DNA of 64,000 nucleotides, taken from positions 401,512,001 through 401,576,000 of the forward strand of contig OZ024741.1 in the NCBI GenBank assembly GCA_964016885.1, read 5' to 3'. Made by a program: the position numbers and the translations under genes. Numbering within the stretch: the first letter of the stretch is position 1; the number at the start of each line of letters is the position of its first letter. Under the pieces are notes generated by a model, which was given only the letters and a program-made list of their open reading frames with translations, made no database searches and was not told the DNA's origin. Shown here in pieces: positions 12,901 to 25,300 of the stretch. Source of the DNA: Eledone cirrhosa (taxonomy: Eukaryota).

Positions 12901-15900
12901 CGGGGTCTGGTTCGGACCGGACCTCCAGGTCGAGAAAAACTGGGCGGAGGTTACGAACAGGGTGTTTGCACTGACCCAGAAGTGGGCCAGTTGCAAACTA
13001 TCCCTGAAAGGTCGGGCGGAGGTGGCGAACACCTACATAGCGTCCGTCATCTGCTACCGCCTGACCGTAGTGCCCTGCCCAAGGGAAACCCTCACCAAGA
13101 TGGAGCGCGCGCTCTTCCAATTCCTTTGGAAGAGGCGGGCTCCTATGGTGAGGAGATCCATCTGCTGTCAACACCCTTCGAAAGGAGGGCTGGGGATGCC
13201 GTGGCTAATGATGCGTAAACACGCATTAAGGCTACGGCACCTCTACGTATTCCTCACCGGACAACCGGTGTGGGCCTCGTTTGTGAGACGAACCTTTTCC
13301 AGACTCGTCTCACTCACCGAGCTGCAATCCTGGGTCAAGCAAAGACCGAGAAAACTGGGCGCCTGGCACACTGAGTGTGCCCAGGCGCTCACCACCCTCT
13401 GGCAGGCGGATCCGGTTATCAGTGGAGACTCCACCGCAACATTCTATAGAGGGCTGGTACGCAGCAGGTGCGACGACGCCCTCGGAGAAGCCCTAGACAT
13501 GGAGGAGGACGAACTGGCCGGCCTGTTCGGTAGGACATTCAGCCCGGGACCTATGGACAACTTCCAGAAGTCCCTGGCCTGGCAGTGCTACCGAGGAGCT
13601 TTACCCGTTCAAGAAAGGCTCTACAGACACGGGCGCCCGGGTAGGGACCCCGCCAAAAAGATCTGTCCCAGATGCGTGAGCGACGAGGAAACAGTTGCAC
13701 ACGCATTGGTACACTGCTCGGGCGTAGCCGATTTGTGGGGCTATGTCGAACAACTGCTGTCAAGGGTGGGACCGATCCGGTTGACCACCGAGTCTATTGT
13801 AATGATCAAGCCGCCTCCCCCCTTCAAAGATGAAGCAGAGGCGGTGTTTCTGTGCGTAATAGCCATGGCGAAAGAGGTTGTATGGTGGACGCGTCTGAAA
13901 GGACTGAGGTCAGGCACCTTTCTCTCTGGCCAACAACTGGTCCGTTTCGTCCGATATCATTTCGGAAGAAGGATCAGGATGGAGAGAGAGGTGCTGCACC
14001 CCAGTCGTTTTTATGAAAAGTGGGTGAAAGTGGCGAGAATGGCCCGTGTGAATGGGCCTTCTCTTTACATGAGCCTGTAGGTGGAAAAGAGGAAGGAACG
14101 AGGGAGCACCCCCTCTCTGTGCTCCTGAGGAAAAGGGTTGCACACTTTTTTCGGGGGTGTGTGCGACCCCCCAAGGCGCCTCCTCTCTATTGAGGATTTT
14201 GTTATAATTCTATTTTTTGTTATATCTTATTTTATTTTTATATTTTGTTATTGCCTCCTCCCTATTGAGGACGCCTTTTTGTGTAAACTCCCCCCATTGT
14301 ACTTGTCCCACTTTTGATGCCCTAGTGCCAAATAAAAGAAACATATCTGTCTGTCTATCTGTCTGTCTATCTGTCTGTCTATCTGTCTGTCTATCTGTCT
14401 GTCTATCTGTCTGTCTATCTGTCTATCTATCTGTCTGTCTATCTGTCTGTCTATCTGTTTGTCTATCTGTCTGTCTATCTGTCTATCTATCTGTCTGTCT
14501 GTCTGTCTGTCTATCTAACTATCCTGTGTCTGTCTGTGTCTGTCTATCTATCTATCTAACAACAACTGATTCTTTTTTTCAAATACCACTTTGGAAGAAG
14601 AATCAGGATGGAGAGAGAGGTGCTGTACCCCAGCAAGTTTTATGAAAGGTGGGTGAAAGTGGCGAGAATGGCCCGAGTGAATGGGCCTTCTCTCTATATC
14701 AGCCTGTAGGTTGAGGAAAAGAAGGAGGAGAGGAAAGGAGTACAAGCTCTTCGTACTCCTGGAGATGAGGGTTGCACATTTTTTTCGGGGGTCTGTGTTA
14801 CCCATATAAACTGTCTCCCTCTATTGGGGAAAATCGACTAACTTTTAAATTCCATCTGTGATAACATTTTACACGTTTTTATTGTATGTAAACTTCCCCC
14901 TTTGTATTTGTCCCCTTCTTTTGTGCCCCTGTGGCTAATAAAGAAATATATCTAACTATATATGTCTATCTATCTAACTATCTGTGTCTATCTATCTCTG
15001 TCTGTCTGTCTGTCTATGAACCCTATTATCTCTTTATATATGTGTGTCTGGTTTTAGAATAGATGCACCATATCCTTGAATGTGGTAAGAAGTGATTAAA
15101 AGGGTTGATGTCAGGAAAGATCTGTGCAACTCATGCCAGCATGGAAAATTTGACATTACAATGATGATGATGATGATAACAACTGTTAAGTTTCCCAATT
15201 CTAGCTTCTGCTTCTGTCTTTGACAATTCACTTGAAGAATTAGAGGAAGATTTCCAAAGAGAATTTGACAGTTAAAAATAGAGATGATAACAGACTGGTG
15301 ATAAAGAGAGATGATAACTGACCCCTTATGGATATCTAGGGGAACATTATCTTCATTATACTCATTTCTTTATCCCACATTTCTGATAGTACCCCTATAT
15401 TTTCTTCATTAATATCATTTCTTTGGCCCATGTTTTTAACAACACCCCTATATTTTTCTCATTTCTTTACCTCAGGTTTCTGACAACACTTCTATATTTT
15501 CTTCATTAAACTCCTTACTTTGTCCCATGTTTCTGACCCCCCCCCCCCCCTGCACTATACATGGCTTACATTACAGGATTTTAAGGAGTAATTAATAATG
15601 TTTACATTTACTTTCAATATTTTATAGCCACAACACCTGAGGCAACCATAACACCTGCTGCTACACTTCTATCAACCAGTTAGTAGATTTACTTATTTAA
15701 ATTGTTAAATATATGATTTTATTATATCTAAAAGGTGGTGAATTGGCAGTATCGGTAGAGGGTCGGACGCCATGCTTTCTAGCATAGTTACCTCCCTTTA
15801 CGGTCTGAGTTCAAATCCCGTCAAGGTTAACTTTGCCTTTCATCCTCATGGGGTCAATAAAATAAAGTACCAGTAATGTACTGGGTAATTGCTGGCCCTG

Positions 15901-16301
15901 TGCCAATAGTAGAAAAAATTATATCTAAAAGGGTAAAAGGTAAAGATCCTTTGGTCCTGAATTATCATGGGTGTTGCATCTAGGTTTCCTTCTGAGGTAC
16001 AAGTATGAACCCACCAACAACGTATCTAACATCATGTGTAAGCATTAACGTGACTGGTTAAGACACATCACATGATTACCCAATGAGAAATATGTTAATC
16101 AGGTCCTGCATTGGTACTCCTCCATGGTGGCACAGAGGACATTGCATGATGAAATGACAGTGGCAGACAATCAACAGAGACCTGAAACCTGTTAACAAAA
16201 GTTGGAACAATATAGTGATAGATACAACTGACTGTGGTCATTGGAGCACTTTGGCTGCCTCATGTGTTTCAAGATGCAGGAGCTTCTAAGTCTAATATAT
16301 G

Positions 16302-16373
<72 letters not shown>

Positions 16374-19300
16374 AAAAAAAAGGAAAAGAATGACTTTACT
16401 TGTAGTTGTAAATAATTTGATTTAATTTTATATTATAAAATTAAATCAAATTATTTACACCTACAAGTAAAGTCATTCTTTTCCATTTTTTCTTTCCAAT
16501 ATTTTCCAATATTTATATATATACACATACATGAAAAGAGGCAAGGACCGTCCCAAGATGAACTGGCAGAGGCAGATAATCAACAGGGACCTGACACCTG
16601 TCAACAAAAGTTGGAATGATATATTGATAGATACAACTGACCGTTATATGTTAATAACAATGATCAAAGATGGAAATATAATAATGAATGGATTAAATAA
16701 TATCTAAACATAGGGCTGAGCTGAGCTACATGTCTTATGATGTAAATACTGCTACACTCCAACTATGTCTACATGGATTGCCAGCTACCAATGCCTACAG
16801 ACACAATAGCAGATTGACCAGTATAGAAAATAGAACATACCTTGAGAGCCATATTGTATTCCATGTGATAAATCTTTGTATGTCAGAAATTAGTGTCATC
16901 TTAACCCTTTAGTATTTACATTACTCTATATTTACTATTGAATTTTCATGGTAAAGGCTTTACCTCACATAATATCTCACATACCATTTACATTACTCTA
17001 TATATACTATTGTATTTTCACAGTAAAGGCTTTACCTCACATAATATCTCACATAATATTGAATCTATGAGATTTTGATGTTATTTATTTTGAGAACAAT
17101 ACCTTAACATCAGTATAAGCAGCCAGTTAAGGCCAGTTTGAACAGAAAGGGATGAGAGAATTCTGGCCGGATATAGCCGGTTTAAATGCTAAAGGGTTAA
17201 CTGAGAGAGTTGTATGTCAGCCAGAATCTAAAAACAGTGAAGGGGTGTGGCCTAGAGGTAATGGTGATGGGCTTACAATCATAATGTTGTGGGTTCAATT
17301 CCTTGACCGGGTTGTGAGTTGTGTTCTTGAACAATAAGCTTCATTTAATGCTACTCCAGTAACTTGGCTGAAAATGTGTACCAGCAGTAGCTGGGATTTA
17401 ACCCTGCGATGGGCTAGTGTCCTGTCCAGGGGAAGTCTTGCACTCCCAGTTGCTTAATGCCACAGAAACCAGGATAAGCACTGGCCTGATGAGCCTCCAT
17501 GTTCAAGACAGACTTTAGACTTTTTTTATACACATCATGTATGGTATGGACATGTGATGTGCATGGAGGATGACGGCTGAGTAAAGAAGTGCCAAGAAAT
17601 GCCAGTAGAAGGAAGGCGCAGTAGAGGAAGACCACGAAATGCATAGGCGGAGGTGGTGTGAGCCGACCTCAGATCACTGAAGCTCACAGAGAAGAGGACG
17701 AAGGACTGTGACAAGTGGAGAGATGCTATGCTGAATAGGACCCGTTCCACCCTTGCAAGCAGGGAAAAGCGGACATAAAATGATGATGATGATCATCATC
17801 ATACATCAATTAGCTGTGAATATGTTTGGGTTTATTCATATAACCTAAACCCAACAACTAGTAGATATGAATTGCAGTGTTTATTTATGGCTCTGAAAGT
17901 ATAAAGTATATTTCAATAGTTTATTTAACATTTCTAACAAAGAGTTTCATATCTTCTCTTCTGTAGAATCTTGGTGTGTATTTAATGATGGTTTAACAGA
18001 TCAGACTTTAGTAAGGAACTGGGACATTACATTGTCAAGCAATGAAGAAAATAAAAATGATATTAGGCCAGGAGGAAAAGGTTGGAAACCAGCAGAAGAT
18101 GATAAGAAACCTTTTGTTACCATTTTTGTTGGTGATTCTTTGAGGTATGGTGCATCAATGCATCTGGGCAAAGCTAAAGATATCAAAAGTTTTGATGTTA
18201 TTCTATCTGGAGGTGAAGACAATAAGAAATATATGGTAAGTTATCTGAAATTGTGACTATCTTTATTTTCCCAATAGTAGAAAATAGGATTTTACTAAAC
18301 TTTGTTACATATCATCATCATCATTATCATTTTACATCCATTTTTCCACACTTGCATGGGTTGGACAGGTATTTTCAGTACAGTATCTCTCTATTTGTTA
18401 CATTCCTGTTATCTCCATGAGCTTTACATGAGCTCTAATGATCTGAGATCACACTTGATTAAGTTTTTGACATTATTATTTAAATCAACTCAGCTAACTA
18501 TATTAATTAGTGTATATTTTACTATCATTTAATCAATTAAAACATTGTCATGAATCTTGGGTAATCTATCTTTATTTTCCCAGACCTCATTTGCTTACCG
18601 AGTTAGGTGGAACTCCTCAAATAATTGAAATAACCTTAGTTAGTACAACTATAATCTTATTTTTCTTATTGTAGATGTCAATTTGGATATCAAGCAGAAG
18701 TTTAACCTTTTCATTACCGTATTTCTTATGAAAGACATTGCCCATGTCTTTCACATAATTTGGAAAATATTCAAGAGTTTGGATGGATTTCATAAAATAT
18801 CTAAATTTTTCATTATTTACAATTATTTAGAAAGAGTGGTGGATTGGTAGAATCGGTAGAGCATCTAACAACATGCATTTCAGCATAGAGTTATGGCCCT
18901 TTACATTCTGAATTCAAATCCCACCGAAGTTAGCTTTGCTTTCATCCTTACGGAGTCAATAAAATAAAGTACCAGTAATGCACTGGGATCAATTTAATTG
19001 ACTTGCCCCTCCGTCCAAATTGTTGGTCTTGTACCTAAATTGGAACCATTATTGGTGGAATGGCAGTATTGGTAGAGTGTCACACACCATGCTTTGACAC
19101 ATAGAGTTACGGCCCTTGCCATTCTGAGTTGGCAGCATCAGTAGAGGGTCGGACATGCTTTCCAGCATAGTTACGTCCCTTTACGATCTGAGTTCAAATC
19201 CCGCCGAGGTTAACTTTGCTTTTCATCCTGACAGGGTTGATAAAATAAAGTACAAGTCATGTACTGGGTAATTGCTGGCCTTGTGCCAAAAGTAGAAACA

Positions 19301-22300
19301 ATTATTACTGACAAAAGGTCTTATATAAGATTATTATGAGAGGTCTTGAGATAAATATAAACACTTCAAATAAACATAGAACCAGAGGTGGCTTTAGGTT
19401 GTTTGATATCACAAGGATTAAATCATGTTTCAGAATTTCTGTTGTTGAATTTAGTGAAAGAGATTAACAAAATATTATTATTATAGATATGCCTTTATTA
19501 AGTTCTCCATGTATATCAGTTGTGAGATTATATAAAATTAACTAAACTGATTAAATTTAGTGTTCAATTTACTATGAATTAATAAAATAAAACATAACCA
19601 TGAATCTTGGATAATAAATGAAAGAATACACAGCAAGTACAATGGTCTTTGGAGGAATGTTACTCAATAAAGTGTGTAGCTCAGAGATGAGAGTCACTCC
19701 ATCTGGAGCTGCTACTTTCCAAATTGAGAGATCACAGCTCCGATAGTATTGATATGTGGTTAGAATGTCTCAGGAAAAAAATCACTGGAAATATTTTCTG
19801 GACAAAACCAAGCAACAGGAGACCCAGAGGTAGACCAATAACAATTTGGTGGGTTGGATAACATCCATGAGCTCAGCTGGTCTCGCTTGGAGATTTAGCT
19901 GGATCAATTGGAGATGGTTGCTTCTGACAAGACCCACTGGAAGACCTGCTTGAGGACTCTCCCCACACGGCTCTCCCAGGAACAAGTAGGTGAAGAAGTA
20001 CTAGAAAACATGGTTTAATCGTTTCTGTTGTTGAAAGAAGGAAATATTGATAATTATAATAAAGATATTTTTATTAAGGTATCCATGAAATATAATAATA
20101 GTTTCATATTTTTATTTCTCTACCAGGACAACTTAAAAGACAGTGTTGTTAACATTCCATTTGGTACATCATCAACAATTGTAAAGATTTATTTCAAAGG
20201 TGTCTCAGCACATTGTGATATAACTGTCACAGTTTCTATAAATGGATGTTTTGAATCACAGAGTAAGTATTTCAGTTTTGTTGTCATATTTCAGACATTG
20301 TTGTCATTATATAGTCATATAATTGGTTGTATATATTGTATCTGGTGATATATATATGTATATATTGTCATAGAAGCTATAAATGGATTGTACATTAAAT
20401 TGATGAGTAAAAAGGAATTTATTGAAAGAGAATGATGTAGGAATAGAAACTCTATATATTAAAAAAGATATAGAAATATAATATGGCAAACTTATATTTA
20501 TATAATTATTGACTCTACAATTAACTCTAAATATATTTATAGGAATATATTCAAGGTCAATATTTTACCAATTTCAAATTCTATATAAATGAGGTACTAA
20601 AATATTTTCGTTTTGGAGATTAATATTGCATCGGTTTTACTTTGTTGGTAAATATTACACCTGTTTCTTTTTGCCGTTAAATAATACACAGGTTCCACTT
20701 TGGAAGTGAAATTTGTTTTTCCTCTGTTTTTAATGAATATGGCCTTCAAAACTCTCAGATAATGGAAAAAGAATTTCCGCAATGGTGATGTGAAAGAAAA
20801 ACTATACTTTAGACAACACTTTAAAACATTTAAAATATCAAAATATAATTTCCATAAATATGTTCTCCACTCCTTTCCAAACCACAGTCTCTAAACATAA
20901 TGTATTGATTATCATTTTTCCCGGCATCGAAGATGCTACTTCTTTTCTGAACTAAGTCTCTCAAAAGTCTACCGTGGGTCCTGGAGGTGAAAGGTTATTT
21001 ATTATTTTTTTGGTTGTCAAAATTAGGGTGTATCCTCGAGGACGAAGCATCTTCGGCACCGGGAAATACAGTAGCTAACTTGATATATACACAAGGCTTG
21101 GATTGTTGTCCCCATTTCTCAGACATATAATAGTGGGTCGGCTTATAATCTAATTGGTTTGTATAGAGAATAAATTCCAAACCTGGAAGCAGGGACTTAG
21201 AGAATAAATTCCAAACCTGGAAGCAGGGACTAGAGAGAAAGGGCCTCAAAGTCAACATGACAAAGACTAAGGTCCTTATAAGTAGACGAGAAAACAGAAC
21301 CCAGATCCCCTCAGGGAAATGGCCTTGCTCAGTATGTAGGAAAGGTGTAGGTAGGAACTCCATTCTTTGCCCCAAATGCAAACAATGGGTACACAAGAGA
21401 TGTAGCGGGATCTCAGGAAGCTTAATTAAGAATGTAGGATTCACATGCAGCAGCTGTGCTGAAACAGCAAGCAAACAGCCACAGGAAACAAGTACCACCA
21501 ATCTCTGGGTGGGCCCTGTAGAAACAGTAGACAGCTTCTGCTACCTAGGTGACCGAATTAGCAACGGAGGTGGGTGCTCAGAAAGTACAATAACTAGGGT
21601 AAGAACGGGATGGAAGAAGTTTAGGGAACTACTACCACTGCTAGCTGCAAAAGGCTTCTCCCTCAGAATGAAAGGCAGACTGTATGATGCGTGTATCCGA
21701 ACAGCGATGTTGCATGGTAGTGAGACCTGGGCGCTGAAGGTGGAAGACTTACGTAGATTAGAGAGAAACGAAGCCTGCATGCTCCGATGGATGTGTAACA
21801 GTAATATACGTGAACGACAAAGCATAAATGAATTGAGAGAGAGACTGAGCATAAGAGGAATCAAATGCTGCGTGCAGGAGAGGCGGTTACGCTGGTATGG
21901 ACATGTGATGCGTATGAAGGATGACAGCTGCATAAAAAGGTGCAGAGCACTAGAAGTTGACGGAAACCGCGGAGTGGGGAGACCCAAGATGACTTGGGAT
22001 GAGGTGATAAAAGCCGACCTTACCCAACTACACCTCTCAAAGTCAATGACACACGACCGTGACTTCTGGCGTCACGCAGTAATACAGGGTACCCGACCTC
22101 CCATGGGTACATGCTGAAGCATATAAACAATATGCCCCCCCCCCCCCACCGCAAGGTGGTCGTGGAGGTGCCACGGCAAAAAAGCACCCAGCCCACACTG
22201 TAAAGTGGACGTGTAGGCGCCACGAAAAAGCACCCAGCACTCACTGTAAATGAGGTTGGTGTTAGGAAGGGCATCCAGCTGTAGAAATCAAGCCAGATCA

Positions 22301-25300
22301 GTTCCTGTATGAGCAAGGCATGGTCAGCCGACCAGACACTGCCCACAACAGGACAACCCGTCTAACCCATGCTAGCGTGGAAGAACGGACGTAAAACGGT
22401 GATGATGATGATGATGATGATGATAAATATATTCTTTATCTGAATGAATAATTATACTTTAAAATATTTTCATTTAAAAGTGTTTCACTAAATATTATGT
22501 TTTTACAAGTATATGTGACAACTCATTAAAAGTTTTATTTTAACAAACTAAGTGGAGGCACATGGCTTAGTGGTTAAAGCATTGGCCCTGCAATCGAAAG
22601 GTTGTGAGTTCAATTCTCAGACCGGGTGATGTGTTGTTTCCTTGAGCAAGACACTTTATTTCACATTGCTCCAGTTTACTCAGCTGTAGAAATGAGATGA
22701 TAGGGACTAGGGACCCTATCATTCCACTGTAAAGTGGTCATGGAGGTGCCATGGCAAAAAAACACTCAGCACTCACTGTAAATGAGGTTGGTGTTAGGAA
22801 GGGCATCCAGCTGTAGAAATGAAGCCAGAATCAGTCCCGTCCTACCCTTGCAAGCAGGGAAAAGGTGGACGTAAAAATGATGATGATGAAAAAATGAAAT
22901 GATGATAAGTATATGATTTTATTACATCCAATGTGTATCATTATATTAGAATTTATCCTGATACAATCTGAACTAATATTTTGAAATCATTTAATTTTAG
23001 GCACAACAACACAACCAACAACGCAAACAGGTATGATGTATATATGTCATCAATGCTAGACTTACCTATAAGCAAAGTAAACTACACCTCTCAGATGACT
23101 CATTATTTTAAATATATTTTTACTTTATTATCAGTTTTTAATCTTTAACAGTAAATCATTGTTAGATATATATTTATATATCTATATCTAGGGCAGGTAA
23201 ACTTCCTGAGATCCATGGACAAGTCCTCTACAGTGGTTTCTGTCCCTCATTATTGCTGCCATGTTCTGTGTCTCCAAAAGACCAGTGTCTGTCGTTAGGG
23301 CATCAACATATGTCAACCTTGATCTCCCTCTTCCAGTGTGTCCATGCAGTGGCTCCCACAGGAGCACTGAGTGCAGTGTCAACTCTGGATGTCGGTGAGC
23401 ATATCCAGTCAACCTCAGTGCTACTTTATTATTTACTCTTTATCATTAACATTGATATAAAAAATAATAAAATCGTATATAATTATTTTAAATTTTTTAC
23501 CCAGTTATTTTTAGAGAAGGTCCTCAAATTTCATATAGCTTAGGGCCTAATCAGGTGAAAGTCCCACCCTGTATGTCAATAAGTTAATATATAATTACAT
23601 AATTCTATTATTTCTATAATTCTACCATTTCTAAAGAGTTTCATATCTTCTCTTCTGTAGAATCTTGGTGTGTATTTAATGATGGTTTAACAGATCAGAC
23701 TTTAGTAAGGAACTGGGACATTACATTGTCAAGCAATGAAGAAAATAAAAATGATATTAGGCCAGGAGGAAAAGGTTGGAAACCAGCAGAAGATGATAAG
23801 AAACCTTTTGTTACCATTTTTGTTGGGGATTCTTTGAGGTATGGTGCATCAATACATCTGGGCAAAGCTAAAGATATCAAAAGTTTTGATGTTATTCTAT
23901 CTGGAGGTGAAGACAATAAGAAATATATGGTAAGTTATCTGAAATCGTGACTATCTTTATTTTCTCAGCAGTAAAATATATGATTTTAATAAATTTTCTC
24001 ATATATCATCATCATCATCATTTTACGTCAGTTTTTCCACACTTGCATAGTTTGGACAGGTATTTTCAGTACAGTATCTCTCCATTAGTTGCATTTCTGT
24101 CACCTCTTCCGTGAGCTTTATTGATCTGAGATCACACTTGGTTAAGTTTGTGACATTATTATTTAAATTAACTCAGCTGACTATATTAATTATGTATATT
24201 TAACTATCATTTAATAAATTAAAACATGGTCATGAATATTGGGTAATGACCAAAAGAATATGATTGAAAATATAAGAGGACAAAATGGCCCTCTTTTGAG
24301 GAGTTATTGGTGTCATGTTACTCAATAGATGAGTGCTTCTGACAGGACCCACTGGAAAGCCTGCTTGAGGAGTCTGCCCACATGACACTCCAAGAAGTGG
24401 GTGGGCAAAGAAGAAAAAGAAAAAAACATGCTTTATTTGTTTCTGTTGTTTAATTTATTTAAAGAAGGAAATATTGATAATTATAATAGAGATAAGTTTA
24501 AGTTATTCATGAAATATAATAATAGTTTCATATTTTTATATCTCTACCAGGACAACTTAAAAGACAGTGTTGTTAACATTCCATTTGGTACATCATCAAC
24601 AATTGTAAAGATTTCTTTCAAAGGTGTCTCAGCACATTGTGATATAACTGTCACAGTTTCTATAAATGGATGTTTTGAATCACAGAGTAAGTATTTCAAT
24701 GAGTATTTCTCATCCTTGTTAACTTCATTTCTTGTAAGTAGCCATAGACCTACTAATGGAACATATCAAATCTTCCAAATGTAGCAGTTACAGTTCAAAT
24801 TACTTTCTTTAGCATCTACATTACTCTATATTTACTGTTATATTTTCACAGTAAAGACTCTACTTCACATAATTATCTCACATAAAATAGAATCTATGAG
24901 ATTTTGATATTATATATTGTGAGATCAATACTTTAACATGAGTATGAGTGGCCAGTTATGGCCAGTTTGGACATAAAGAGGTGAGAGATTTCTGGCCGGA
25001 TATGGGCAATTTAAATGCTAAAGGGTTAATTTCTTGTGTGCTTGCAATCTTTCCATTTGAAATTTCAAATTCTTGCTATAACTAAACAATAAACCAGATA
25101 ATTTTGGAAGTATATCAATGATTTTCTGTAAATGTGGTTTCAATTCTTCCATTTAATATAACCCTCATTATCGTAACTTCTCTCTTTTTCTCTCACAGCA
25201 ACAACTCCAGCACTAACAACAACAATGTTACCAACTACCACAGCTCTCCCAACAAGTATGTATAAACAATTATTATTCAATAAAGGGTGGTGGGTTGGCA

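Noticed and set aside
14217-14645. 142-aa ORF with SVCL repeats (also 8023-8265)
   Set aside because: Translation of the (TCTG/TCTA)n microsatellite
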